Origin: Takakia lepidozioides
Taxonomy: Eukaryota > Plantae > Bryophyta
DNA length: 64,000 bases
Reading direction: 5' to 3'
Assembly: GCA_030704615.1 (NCBI GenBank)
Contig: CM060733.1
Location: forward strand, 26,970,001 to 27,034,000
Shown here: piece after piece, positions 25,568-38,282 of the stretch
How the letters are laid out: each line of letters opens with the position of its first letter
How positions within the stretch are numbered: the first letter of the stretch is position 1
Notes under the pieces: generated by a model
The model's database searches: none
What the model saw: only the letters and a program-made list of their open reading frames with translations
What the model was told of the DNA's origin: nothing
Position numbers and translations under genes: made by a program

Positions 25568-28500
25568 ATGGCAGGTGAAGTTTCTGGCCGTGTCAAAGCT
25601 TCTCCAGGCCAAGCACCCGCTGGGGAATTTGTAAAGGGAAAGAGAAGAGCCGAGCAGCAAGTACAGGCTACGTCAGGCAAGCATAAAGGCCTCCCAAAGA
25701 AACGGTTCTACCGCGCACGTGCACACAGCAATCCTCTCAGTGATTCACAATTTCCTGTGTATGTGTCCTCCCTCCTCTTCTTTTGCAGTAGTGTCGTGCA
25801 TGGGACTATTTCCACCTGAATCTGAATCCCTCTCGTTTCTCCTCCGTCCCACGAGATGCGCAATAGTTTCCAAGTACAGAAGAAGTTAACCCAGCTAGAA
25901 AGAGAGCCAAGTGGTGTAATGGGTGGTGTGCAAAATGGAGCGGTCTCTGTCAACGCACAAAAAATGTCAAAGCACCTCTTTTTCAAGAATCTTTCATTTC
26001 TGGACACAATGGCAAAATCTGGAAACCTCCTTGATTCTGAATTCTGGGTTCTGCATTCCTCCTCACTATTCTCTCCAATCTTATCCCTTCGCACACACAG
26101 GCAAAGTCAAGCAAAGTTTATTGAGACTCTCTAAGCCCTAAACCTTAAACCCAGTGCTAAAGTGTAGAGGTGTACAGTAGTCGTGCTATTGTTAACATTA
26201 TGCTTCTAGTATTTAGATGAACACTGAGTGCAGCTTGCTGTAGCACTGTTGCTATTGCACTTTGGATTTGAATGAGGTCGCAGGCAATCCACCGTTCATG
26301 GTGCGACCCATGGATACCACACCACCACTGTTACTCACAATCATTGATGAGATGTATTGTCTTTAGAACCAGAGACCACAACATCATCTCCAGTCTCTGG
26401 CATGAATTTGGTACAAAAAATGTTCGCTGAATGACCTGTATCAATGCTATGCAGCAGTTTTCTCCGTCCATAGTCCCAGAGATTCACCTGGTATATTGCA
26501 TAGGCGTCAGTTCCAAACCTTAGCACACTTCAAGAGCAAGACCTTGGACATCACTAAAGCTGGAAGAGAAGGGGGAGCTGTCAACAAATACTCTGCAATA
26601 AAACGGACTTTCACTTGCTGGGGAAATAAATTTTCAGGATGGTTTTACTGAAACGACGGTTGATGAATTATGCTCTATATCCTTTCTTGGCAGTACCTCA
26701 ATACTGGCATCTCTTATGGGGCTGGCTGATGTTGTGCTTGTTCCTAGAAAGATGCTGGTGATTGTTTATACCAAGCTCCACCGTACAAACATGTTCTGAG
26801 TGACACTAGAGTCTTCTGATGTACCTGGGCCTTCTTAAAAGTTGAGGTGCTCTGTTTCTCTAACTCTTTTTAAATCCTTGTCCCGCTCACCATAAGCACC
26901 CCTAGATAATCTCCAAATGGTAATCAGCGGGATACACGGTGCAATTGCAGGCCTATAAAACCTGATGAATTTGATTGGTCAGAGCACTTTCCAGCCTTCT
27001 TGCATGACAAGGAACCAGCCAGTGATGAAGTCCCAGACATCACCTCGGATGCTTCGGAGAAAGAAGATGTAACAATTGGTGTCCTGGCACGTTCTGCTGA
27101 ACCTGGTCAGTCCCCTTGTACTACCAGGAGTTGAATGGCAGTTGCTCCTCTAATCCAGTTACTGGTTGACTTCGGGAGTTTACTGCTTCTGGAAACTCTA
27201 AATTGTGAGCAGGAATGGAATAGTCATTAATGCCTCATTCTGACACATCTTGTTCTGTGATGTGGAGCTTAGGATGCAGTCTTATCAGTATGCAAAATGT
27301 GTGGATAGGTGTAGTCTGAGAGAGAGGTATTTGTCTGAATACTGTATCCTTTGGGTCTATAGGGAGTAAAAGTCACTCAGATTATGCTTCAAAAACTACT
27401 TGGTGCTCCCCAATGTTCTGAGCAGGATCTTAGCTGTATGCAGGAGATGATGCTATTTTGTCAAAGGGTAAGGTTATCCTTGATTGTGTTTGCATGTTCC
27501 TTGTGGCAGATGGGAGAGATGTCAAGGTCCACTTTGCTGACATTGGTTGCGGTTTTGGAGGCCTTCTTGGTGGGGCTGCTCACAGATTTGATTAAGACTT
27601 TTGAAATGGAGTGTTGCATATTTTATGTGGAAGCCATTAGCTGATGTGCTACTAAGAGACACTGCCATCTGGTTTCCTTTCATTCATTTTTCACTCATAG
27701 ACTGAAAGTGCCAGCAAGCTGATGAGAACCATTGAAGGCTCTCCAACTTTCCGGGTTCACTACCATTTTGACAGCAGCCAGCTTAATACTTTACAATACA
27801 TTGCATGTGCAATTTTCTAATTAATTGCTGGATCTCTACAGTAAAACTCTCCCCGCTGTTCCCTGACACACTTATGGTTGGGATGGAGCTAAGAGACAAG
27901 GTATGTTTCAAGCTTTTATCACCTCTTGATCTTTTGTGGGGTTTTCCCTAGCACTTTTCACTAAGCAGGTTTGAAGAAGAACGTGGGTTCTAGTATAGTA
28001 AGAAATGAAAGGGTGGGAGTGGGGTGAGGTGGAGGGAAGGTGAGGGAGAGGTTGGGACTCAAGCTGCAAATCTGTGTGCATATAGGAGATGTCGTTGCAT
28101 TGCTAGCAAACTCTTGATTGACAAGTTTTGGCTGTGGACGTGGAAATAAGGGCTTCATGTCGATCTTGTGTAATGCCAGTGTTCTTGGTTGTAGGTGAGT
28201 GAGTACGTGAAGGAAAGAATCTCTGCATTACGTGAGCAACATCAAGGCCAGGTATGTTATGTGCACGAATTCTCTTGCTTTTTCTGGTGGTGAGGACTTG
28301 TCTTACATGAGTAGCAGACTTAAAGCTCTTTTTCCTGCGGCCTTGTCACAAAGCCTTTCTCGACACTACTTAGTGGTTCATGTGTCAACTTACTCTGCCA
28401 CTATTTGGCAGCATTTCAATGATGATTGAATTCTTGTCTATGTTCAGGGACTTCTTTTGATTGTCAATTGGAAAGTCCCAAATGCTATTTTATTGTAATT

Positions 28501-30720
28501 ATCTGCTTAACAACCAAGTGTTCTTCTTCAACAAGATTCCTTTAGACCTAGTTTGTAATTTGTTTAAAGGCTAAAATTAATGTACTCATAAGACGTTGTT
28601 TGCCGTAGCATTGTGGCCATTGACCCTGCGCTCAGTTTGAGCAGAACGCAAAGGGACAGACACTACCTTTGTCAGGGGCTGACGCCGGTAGTATGACTTA
28701 CCTTGGAGAATAGGACTCTGAGAGTCAGAAACAAAGCAAGAGAGTTATAAGTGCATCTTTGCCTTTTGGCTTGGTGGGTTTGCAGTATGAAAATATAACT
28801 GTGCTACGGACCAATGCTATGAAGTATTTGCCAAACTATTTCCAGAAAGGGCAGGTAACTCTTTGTGATTACAGATTTACCATGCTTCCCCACCTTTTTT
28901 ACATCCTCTTTTTCCTGCCTTTAGGCCTCTCATGGATGTAACAAATTTCTTTCTTCTTTTCTTTCTTTGTTTCTCTCTCTCTCCCCTCCCACTTTCTTAG
29001 CTCTGTGCTTGGTCGATAGTCTCTGACCATCAGGTGATGGCAAGCAAAGGCTGATAGGTATATGTATCTGTGTACCCCCCTTGTCAACAGTCAATCATAG
29101 TGTCCCTGCTCTTCAATGGTTCCCTTGACTCCACTGTGTCACAAACATGTGCATGAGGGTCCTTCTTGAACCAGTCCATCATCTCTGACGTGTCAAACTC
29201 ACATGGAGCAAATAGCGTAGAAGGTTCGCTGAGGCCAGGACCAATGTAGGCTTTTGATAAAAGTTGTGCTGTGGATTGTGGTGCTGCAGCTGCAGAAGCT
29301 GTTTTTCTTGTTCCCTGACCCACATTTTAAAGAGAAGAATCATCGTCGCCGCATTATCAGGTGCTTTTCCTCACTTTCTGCTCGCAGGAGCTTCCCTAAG
29401 GGCAGAAATTCAAATGGCCAGTTGAAATACTTTGAGCTTTTGAAATTTTTATGCATCTGTAACTTTCCAAGATCACCTATAGACAGCTAATTTTAGACGT
29501 GCTTTGACATGTGTGTCAATCTCTTGGTGCGAATGGGAACTAAACTTGGTAGGCGTGTGCAGCATTCCATTACTCGCTGAATACGCATACGTCATGGCTG
29601 TTGGAGGTACCTCATTCTCTTCTTTTGATTTGCTGTAAGGGCTATGGCATGATTATCTGAGGGGGTATGAATTTCCTAGCAGCATCCCTTTCACTGAGCC
29701 TTGTCAGGGACATGGTCTTTCCAAGCTTTGGTTACTTTCCAGAGATCGTATACTGATTGTACTTGGATGTCATAGAGTTCAGCTACTGGTTGCATCTCCA
29801 GTGTTCCAAGTCCATCTCTAGGTTGAGAGGCTTTTCTAGTTTCAGAGGCCCAATGAAAGCCACTTCAGTCTTTTGATAGCTGGTAGCATGGACTGTGTTG
29901 GAGCCTCTTGCATTTGATGCTGCCCATTCATTGTGATAGCAATTTTGGGTGGGTGGCACAGGGGTGTTATACACAATAACAGATGTTCTCGAGCTTGCAG
30001 AGTGGATGAAATTGACACTAGATGGGCATCCTCTCTTTGAGACCCTAACTTCTGAGGAGCTGGTAACGACTGAACATTTTGCACATACACCACATCAATA
30101 CCTTTATCATTAGGAAAAGATCATGCGTACATGGGCTGCAGTTCTACTTAAGGTCTTTAGGAAAGTACTCCATGCCTACTACTGCTGTGTTTGGATGTGG
30201 TTGTAAAGTTATCTCAGAGTTGTGCGACTTTGACCTTCTTGATGGGACAGCAAAAGGACGTTTGCGTGGAGCTTTTGTCAACAGCAACAGAAGAGGGTCA
30301 GAAGGTAAAACTCTGCTTGTTTCTCTAACAAGAACAGCTTTGATTCTCCATCAATACGATCTGTACTCAAAAGTAAAGTCTCCTGGAGGTTTTACATGTG
30401 CCTATGCAGCATGCTATCCTTGCTCTTAGAGATTGAGTATGCATGCAGACTGTGAGTACTTCATTGAGAAATTAATATATGAGTACCACCCAGAGCTGCT
30501 GTAATCCTCCTCAGCAATGTTGCCAATAGCCCTTGCTTGTTTTTCCGATACTGCATCTTCGATCAACTCGAGTTTGAGTTGGCATAAGCATCATGCTTAG
30601 GGTTGCATTTTTTAGAAGATGTTTCTGATTTTGCAATGTGGATAGGTGGAGCGGAATCATGGCAAAGTGTACCGTGCTATTTACAGGCGTATTGTGGCAC
30701 CAATCAATGCAGGTGATTAG
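25568..30720 (+). CDS. TRM8: tRNA (guanine-N7)-methyltransferase catalytic subunit. Exons 25568-25758, 26951-27105, 27510-27569, 27842-27900, 28195-28251, 28786-28854, 29290-29360, 29563-29606, 29962-30062, 30251-30304, 30646-30720
   Basis: LPKKRFYRARAHSNPLSD, FADIGCGFGGLL, GMELRDKV, RTNAMKYLPNYF, FFLFPDPHFKEKNHRRRII, LYTITDV and TEEGQKVERN motifs; phases are consistent. Confidence 0.95.
26369..26488 (-). pseudogene. Isolated exon fragment of a WDTC1/DCAF-type WD40 gene (plant ASG2-like), antisense in TRM8 intron 1
   Basis: cag|VNLWDYGRRKLLHSIDTGHSANIFCTKFMPETGDDVVVSG resembles the GHxANIFxxKFxP WD repeat of WDTC1/DCAF6/DCAF8 proteins. Confidence 0.8.
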
Positions 30721-33100
30721 GTCTTCTTCCTCTGCCAATTTCAGGGGTTGAAAAAATACTACATTCTAGTTTCCAATTCATGGCCTGTAGCCTGATCACT
30801 TATCTTGCTCATTCCACATGGATTCTGTATGATGGAACGGGACAATGTTTGATTTGCGGCAGACAAAGAGAAGATGTGCCATGCATTTTTGGCACACACC
30901 GAAAAGAGATATATAAATCGTCATCTCATATATATCAGAGAAGTGGAAAAAAAGTATTCTAATAATTGAAAGGGAACCCCTGCACAGCAAATGCTGACTT
31001 GTTCTCTTTCGCTGTGTTGCTCTTCTGTGAATTGTTGTTCTGGTGCCTCTTAGTTTTCTCCTTGTTAGCTGTGTGTTTCTGTTTGGACTGGTCGTGTGAT
31101 TGGGCAGTTGTCCCGGTGCCTGTTTAAGTCTTCATGGCACCTGAGGTATTTTTAACTCGCGTTTCAATGTAATTCAGGGCCTCCATTCCCTTCTCTTAAA
31201 AAACAAAACCTGGGAGCAACTCAGACAGCTCACAATTTAACCCCTTCCAAGTGGAGGGGGAAATAAAGCTGAAGTAAGCTTTTGAAGCTATCTGTAAATT
31301 CAGAACTCAATACTTTTGAAGTGTGAATTTCAATGCGGAACTATCAGGGCTCACGCAAAAAATATTCTTAACCCATTGGAAAAGCAGTGTGTATGTTTCT
31401 TTCAGCTATATAGTATGACAAGCTTTGGAGATGATATATTGTGGACTCTAACAGAGAAAGATCAGTTGGGAGCCATGTTTCGAGAAGGAGAGTCTGTAGT
31501 ACTGCTGGGAATTCAGATTTTCCTGTGTACTACAGGATTCCTACTGCCTCAAAACCCCCCAGGGCTGGAATTTTTTTCCAAGCACGGCGAAACAGGTTCA
31601 TTAGGCAAGAGCTGATGCAATTCCATGTTAATTGGACCTGAGATCAGTGATGCCCCTTACAACAAAGCTGGAGTTTTATTGAGGCACCTTCCTCATCGTT
31701 GAGGATAGACTCTTGCACTAAATTACTTCAGTTTACCTCTCTCCCCATCTCTTCTATGCAGAGGGGGAGGCACTTACAGAAGGCAGTGCATCTCTCACCT
31801 AGCAGAACAGAGAAGCTCTGAAAGAGCAAATGTGAGCAGTGCAGACGAATATCTCTCCTTCCATTAATCATAGCAAATGACATCCTTACTGGGATGGTTC
31901 AACTCTATGTCACAGAACTGTAATGGCATTGAGTAGCAGTGTTCTAGTTCATGAGCTAAATGCAAAAACTTGAGAATGATGGATTCATCACTGTCCCCTA
32001 CAAACATTCGTTATGACAAGAACCTGAAGGCAGAGAACCTGGTCATTTATTGGCCCTGCCCGACAGGGTAGGGACTACGCATCAAGTTGGCCGAAGTGCC
32101 CTTAACCTTATATCATGGGTTGTTCCCATGAGACTTAATGGGAACATGAAAGTTTTTAGTTCCCAGTTGGGCACATATTACACTTCATATCAAACGCCTT
32201 GTTGATTGACAGTCACATCATCTAAGAACCATAATGTTGATTCCAAACCCAATTCGACAAACCCAATTTGAAGGAGACAGGCCAACATTTACGAAGGACA
32301 AATCTACCGTCCAATTTACAAATGTTGTGGTCCATGTCATCCTTGCAAAGGTTGTTGTAGAAAAAAGTTCAATCCAATGGGGCAAATACTTTAGGCTACT
32401 TTGGGGCCCTTCCCCCAACTTCCCAGCCCAACCTATATTCTAGCCTGCAACCCTCCGATATTTCTCATGGGTGTATTGGGATGGGTGTGGGGCTAGCGCC
32501 CCTTAGGGTGGAAACTGGAAACCCTTTCGCTAACCTGACCAAACAACTCTGGGAAGATGACTAAGCAAAAACATGCCATAAAAACTGAGTTAGCCCCATA
32601 TTGCGGGATCTTATTCCATGTGCAAATATTGTGTATTGAAGATTGGCCAATGTCATAGCCGTTGCGTGTAGAAACTGTTTTCGTACGTAATGAGCCAAAT
32701 TTGACTCACATCAAAGTAAATCCCAGTAGGAATTGGATGGTTCAAGACCTGACGACCCGGTTTGGGTCAGTTTCACACATAAGGGTTAACATGACATTCT
32801 GGCATGATAGTGATAGCATCTCATAAATATTGCACCTAGGAATCTGCAACATGGTAGATGAGCCGCCTTGTTTGATTGCCTTCTGGATATGGGTTACCCC
32901 CCTTGTCAGTTCCATCCAACTGGGCAAACAGTCTAGAGAAGGAGAAATTTTCTTGCCTCTACTGTTTCTAAGCTGGATAGGTGGTGGTGTTCAATGTTGC
33001 CCAACAAACTGGGCAAACAAAAATGTAGTCTCGAGCGAGTACTTGTTGTTAACTTAGAGGCCATGCAAACTCCTATCAATCCTGCAATCTTCTGCAATCT

Positions 33101-33910
33101 CTAGCTGTACACTGCCTGATGGCGCCCAGTATATCTGCTCCTCCCAAATTCGACTCCTTTGGCACAGGAGGAGGAGGAAAAGGTTGTCTGCAATATTGAG
33201 CCAAATCCATGGTAGGCTGTCCCGGTCCCATGCACGTAGTCATCATCATTGATGGGGTCGTTGATGCCGCCATATACCTTCCTCCTCCTTTGGAAATCTT
33301 CCCACTTTGTGATCTTTGTAATCTCCAAACCCCGCCCAAGTGAAAGCGTACAAGAATCTACACCAGGTTGCCGCTTCACATGCCTGATGTAAATATTGGT
33401 TGATTCATTTGAAGCATTGTCCGCCACAACGATCGCTCCTCTTTTCAGCTTCAGCATGTCAAAGATCTTAATGTAATGCTCAGGTAGCCCCGAGAGAACT
33501 ACAAATTCCATGTCTTCCCTCTCAGAGATGAGATTGACGGCATCACCTGTCACAAACTCAACGAACTCGCTCAATTCGAATTCCTTGAGAAAGCGCTGCA
33601 CAATAATCTGCTCCTCCTTGTCGTGGTGGACACACACCAGCCGACTACCGGTCGTTCGCGCTGCCACAGCTAGCGCAACTGTGGAGAGCCCACAGCCTAC
33701 CTGCAGCGTATGCTGGGAGTTGATACCTGCAGCCAGAGCAGATAAGACTTCAGCGCTTCCAGGTTCTAACGCTATGTTGTTGTACAGGGATGAGGCAACC
33801 GCCTGTGATCTCTTTCCCTGTGATCTCTTTTCCAAGAGAATCCTCCGCAGCTGCACAGCCTCGCAATACGCATAGGTTGCCATGTCCGGAAACCACCGCA
33901 TCTCTGCCAT
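33101..33910 (-). CDS. DUF1442 family (SAM-methyltransferase-like) protein, intronless, 269 aa
   Basis: W.P..A..AY...V N-terminus, EPGSAEVLSALAAG, STVALAVAARTTGSRLVCV, GAIVVADNA. Confidence 0.85.
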   Translation of the reverse strand: MAEMRWFPDMATYAYCEAVQLRRILLEKRSQGKRSQAVASSLYNNIALEPGSAEVLSALAAGINSQHTLQVGCGLSTVALAVAARTTGSRLVCVHHDKEEQIIVQRFLKEFELSEFVEFVTGDAVNLISEREDMEFVVLSGLPEHYIKIFDMLKLKRGAIVVADNASNESTNIYIRHVKRQPGVDSCTLSLGRGLEITKITKWEDFQRRRKVYGGINDPINDDDYVHGTGTAYHGFGSILQTTFSSSSCAKGVEFGRSRYTGRHQAVYS

Positions 33911-34377
33911 AATTTAATGAAAATAAATATACCACACCACAATGATCGAACTCTTCTCTCGCATGAGCTATCTTTCTGAAGTCACACCTGTAGGAGGTCA
34001 AACCTACAGGTAGCAGATCAGTCCCTTTGAAAACACTCACTGCGACGACCACCTCTCCAAGTCTCTCTGAATCTCCATCCCTCACTCCTCCTTCTTATGA
34101 GGAATTCATGAATTCACACTTGTCTCGGTGAGACAGACGATGCCAACTTGCATAAGAGATGTTAGAGCTCACATCGCTCTCCCTCACACACGGCCTCCTT
34201 TGTCAGCAACGTCGCAGTTGCCTCCCTCTAAATACCCCGAGCCGTCCCTATTTTTTGTTTTTTATTCTTTTTATTTTAAAAGGAAAGGGGTTCCTTCGTT
34301 TTAGTCATAAAAGCATTAAATAGCTTTTCAATAGAGTATAAGGTAAATAGTTGTGAAATAGTAAATAGTAGTACATC

Positions 34378-34605
34378 AGCTATTAGCTCAGCTGGTAAGT
34401 GTACAGTGTGTCGCCTGGGTGGTTTGGGGTTCAAACCCGCTGCCCTGCCAGGTGTGTGCAATGTTCGTGACTGGTTGGTCTTGTGATGTTTCGACCTGTG
34501 TGCCCAAAGGCTTATTTGAAAGGTGGTTAATTTTTCCCCTTCAGCAAGGGCCTGCAGTCGCTCCCAGGTTTCCTTTTTTTTTTAAACAAAACAAAAAGTA
34601 AAAAA
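34378..34605 (+). mobile_element. tRNA-derived SINE-like element, copy B
   Basis: A-box TAGCTCAGCTGG at 34384, B-box GGTTCAAACCC at 34428, tail AAGGGCCTGCAGTCGCTCCCAGGTTTCC followed by T/A-rich sequence; homologous to 6775-6993. Confidence 0.72.
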
Positions 34606-34864
34606 GAAAAGATTTGTGATGTAAAAGTCAAGTAAAGTTTGTTTAACGCCCACCAGTGACTAAAATAAGATGTGCAGGAATCCCAGCGAGCATATGAGCG
34701 ATGAGGGGGGGGAGACCGGGAGAGATTGTGTCTTCGACGAGTTATGAGGTGCCAGTCCTTCTACGTACAGATTTGAGAATTTCTGGAGGAGGTTTTTTCC
34801 CGGGTGGGGTTGTAGTTTGGCAGGCATTTCTTCTTGATGGTTCACGCAATTGTTAAACTCAAGT

Positions 34865-34925
34865 ATGAAATGAAATGAAATGAGATGAAATGGTGCTTTA
34901 TAACGTCCGCGGAAAGCTCATAGAG
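34865..34925 (-). mobile_element. 5'-truncated non-LTR retroposon end with a (CATTT)n tail
   Basis: Reverse complement CTCTATGAGCTTTCCGCGGACGTTATAAAGCACCATTTCAT is identical to 57028-57068. Confidence 0.65.
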
Positions 34926-35445
34926 CTTATGGACAGAATGGAAGAAGAAAACATGAGAGAGGAAACAAAACCAGAACCCAAGAATAAGAACTAATGTTCT
35001 AGTGATTGTCTAAGGGTGAAGGCCTCGTGCAGGTAATAAGCTGGCAAGCATTTCTGATCCTCATAGTGGAAGACTTCAGTGAGAGATTGTGCCAAGATAT
35101 ACATTTCAAAGCAGAAATAGAAGCACTAAAGTACCCTATGAAGTGCAAATCGCCCACAGGTGACTAACTGAAGGAGACATTGCAGCCCGATTATAATTCA
35201 CGTAGTGAAATATATGCTACGAAATATGGAAGAATCAGTTCCTCGCACCTGCACCTGCACCTGCATGCATCATGACACACATAAGCACGGATTGGCCAAT
35301 TCCATACATGATCCCCTAAAAGCGAGATCAAAGAAAGAGAATGTCTTATTTCTTTGATTCCTAATTTGCTTTGTTGGATGTTTGAAATGCATCAGTTGAC
35401 ATCTTTGAAACAGGTCTAGATAAACAGAAAGAGACTTACAATTCA

Positions 35446-35871
35446 TTAAGCGGCACAACACGGATCATGGAATGCGGGTTTATCGTTGCCGCTACGAAAC
35501 AGGAAGTATCCCACAGTCAATCCCGCCACAACGCTCATGAAAACGCCTCCATTGTATGACATTAAGGCAAGCATGAGCATATACCCAATTCCTACCTTGA
35601 CACCAAACAACAAGGCCTCTAAGGCCTTCGTCGTCTGAGATCCACCAATTTTAACAGTCGGGAAAGGGATGTAGGGTGCAGATTCAGGAGGGGTGTCTTC
35701 TAAAGGGTATGTACTGCGGAATACAGCCTGCAGGCTGGAGAGCCATTTATGAAACATGGAGAAGAGAAACAACATTCCTAGCGTGTAAGCATACCACGCC
35801 CATGTCTTGATGTTCCATGCATCAAACAGAATTGTCACAGATTTTCCCCAGTAGAAGGTCATATGCATCAT
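35446..35871 (-). CDS. COPT: Ctr/COPT copper transporter (COPT5-like), 141 aa; probable 5'UTR intron 35902-35980
   Basis: MMHMTFYWG N-terminus, MLALMSYNGG (MxxxM), GLTVG (GxxxG), C-terminal CC. Confidence 0.93.
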   Translation of the reverse strand: MMHMTFYWGKSVTILFDAWNIKTWAWYAYTLGMLFLFSMFHKWLSSLQAVFRSTYPLEDTPPESAPYIPFPTVKIGGSQTTKALEALLFGVKVGIGYMLMLALMSYNGGVFMSVVAGLTVGYFLFRSGNDKPAFHDPCCAA

Positions 35872-35931
35872 GGTGTCCCTTCCAATGCTCGTGTCTCTCT
35901 TCTAGAGTAAGATCACTAGGATCCTAAAACT

Positions 35932-36431
35932 GTACTGAAATTTGTACGTCAAGTGATAATCCACACTAAATATGAATCACCTGTCTTCTCTTGAGAGAGA
36001 GGACTTCCGTTCAAAATGTTCATTAGAATTTAAAATCTTGAAACCAATTTTCCAGCTTCATGCGGCCAGGAGCCCTGAATCTGCAAATTTTATAATATAG
36101 CTCGATCTCTAATCTCTCCAACTTCCACCTTGCAATGACAGGTCTGGCTCACCAATTTAGCTAGTACAAGCTAGCGGACGTTACTGAACACGTACATCAT
36201 GCATGTACTGAAAGAGAATTCCTAACAGCAAAGTTCAGAGAAAACCCAACAAAACAAGGAGAAGAGTTCAAGAGAGAGACTCCCGCAAGTCACATTTCAC
36301 GAAGCAGACACGAAATGGCTGCCTTCGATCATGAGAAGAATGAAATAGAAACGCGGAGCAGACCTAAGCATGGTAGTAGAAAGGAACATCGTCGTACACC
36401 TCCCTGCAGGCCAATTGTACTCCGTTTGTAC
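35932..36431 (-). promoter_or_regulatory. Cluster of 8 GTAC copper-response cores and a TATA-like box (about 36089-36099) upstream of COPT
   Basis: GTAC at 35932, 35944, 36164, 36192, 36205, 36394, 36417 and 36428; about 2 expected in 500 bp at uniform base composition. Confidence 0.7.
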
Positions 36432-36643
36432 TTCCTGTGCAGCACAACGAGAGAGAAGCTTTGTCTGCCTTGACCTCTGCTTTGGTCAGACTTGAGCAGG
36501 TAGCCCAGTGCCTGTGCATAACCTAGGTGAACCTGGGTTCAATCCTTCAACATGTGCCTTCAGACCGTCCATTGGGCCCTCGATGGCCTGTGTGTTGATC
36601 AGTAGGCTCTGTAAATTCACTGGACGTTAAAGAATCTTTATGT

Positions 36644-38250
36644 TTATCTTTCTCTCTTCCCTCTACTTACTATCACAATTTGATTGATTTTTTTTATTTT
36701 TCCTTGTGAATTAAACCCCTGTGACTGGTGGACCCAGGTATTTTTTAATGACAGATCAAATTGGAATTTGTGGCTATGGACAATGGAAGGGACTCTCTTT
36801 GTTACTTTCACCAACTTCCCTTGGTTCAGATTTTTGTGCAACTGTCTCCGTAGATTCACCATGACTCCTAAGTGTGGGAGTTTCTCTCGATTAGAATAGA
36901 GAAAAACACCCTCGTCAAATCGCACGTCCTTGCTGATAATGATTTTCTTTGTGGAAGGACCATAACCCATGGTCTCACTGTCATATGCCATGAAAGCGCA
37001 TTGGGGCGACTTGGGATCGAGGCTTTGTTGTTGTTGTTGTTGTTGTTGTTGTTTTTCAGTGTTGGTACATAAAGAACTTCTATGAGCTATATTTCGTCAT
37101 TGACAAGTGGAATAATTACGAAGTCTGTGCCCTCTATGGTGTGACTTTCTCCTCTAGCAGCTCTTACATGCTCAAGAGAGATTGCTTGAGGAAACTATAT
37201 CTCTAATGACACTCTTCTCTCCCGCAGTATGCTTAGAAGTACTTGAATCGACAAACCAATCCAGATCTTTTTCTAAGTCCATAGCGTTGATGTCACACTC
37301 AAAAAAATTTAGAGCCGTGTCATCATTCTTCATTGGACCGTCTTGCTCATTTTCCACGACGTTAATGGTGTGAGTAGAACCTGTTGATTGTTGCTACGTT
37401 CACGTGCTCGTTTGACCATTTTCCTTGCTCGTTCGGAGCAATTTTTCATCAGGTTCCAAGTTCACCGCAAAAGTTATAGGGACCAATGGTTCTTGGTTGG
37501 AAACCATCATGTCATCCACTGTCATTGAAAACTTGGGTTGAAACTTGGACGGAAGCCTCTACGTGCTGGTTCATAGGGTCATCTCCCATGAGCATTGTGG
37601 AAAGAGTTGTTTGCGCATTTTCACCATGAGCGCTTCGGCGTTATCACTACGGCTCATGGCTTTGGCTCGGAAGGCAAGTCTTCCATCTCTTTGCATGAGG
37701 TGAGCAGACATTTCGCCGAAAGTGGGGAGTTGCAAATTGCTATTGAAGGTTGCAAGAACTCAATTGTAGCTATCCGGAAGAGTGTTCAATATTGTTTCGG
37801 CCACCAAGTCATTTTGAGGGATCGCCTCTCCAATCTCTGTGAGGCTTGAGCTCGAATTAGATCTCATGAATTTTCTACAAGTAATCTGCCACAGATGCAC
37901 ACTCACCAATTTTAATCAGCATAAGAGGTAAGTTGCATTGTTTGGGATTATGTATAGTTCTGCAAAATACCTCCAACTATCCTTAGGATCTCCGAAGTGA
38001 GCAATAGAAGGCATGCCATGATCTTTCACAGATAAATTCAACGTAGCTTTGACTTTGAGTCTACGGAGATTGTCAAATTATTCCAAATTCATGGGATCGA
38101 TGACTCAATGGGCGTAAGATGATCAATTATGTCCCAAAGATCATCTCTCATGAGGATTTTTTTAATCTTGAACTTCCATGTTGAATAGTTTAGGGGGCCA
38201 GAAAGCTTGTTCGCATCAGTGACATAACCTTGACTTGTCATAATGACGAG
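36644..38250 (-). mobile_element. Degenerate Ty1/Copia internal region 1 (gag-protease-integrase relics)
   Basis: KLSGPLNYSTWKFKIKKILMRDDLW (gag), WFVDSSTSKH (protease), YVPTLKNN, YDSETMGY..STKKIIISKDVRFDE (integrase C-terminal). (GTT)n microsatellite at about 37025-37052. Confidence 0.85.
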
Positions 38251-38282
38251 GATGATCGTAGAGAATGAAGGAAAAAATTAGA

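Noticed and set aside
28620-28700. Two hairpins separated by an ANANNA-like motif in TRM8 intron 5 (possible H/ACA snoRNA)
   Set aside because: Hairpins are short and there is no ACA box at the expected position.
32040-32500. Possible LINE zf-RVT remnant
   Set aside because: Too degenerate to support.
36485-36640. B-box GGTTCAATCC, possible SINE
   Set aside because: No convincing A-box and no second copy in the window.
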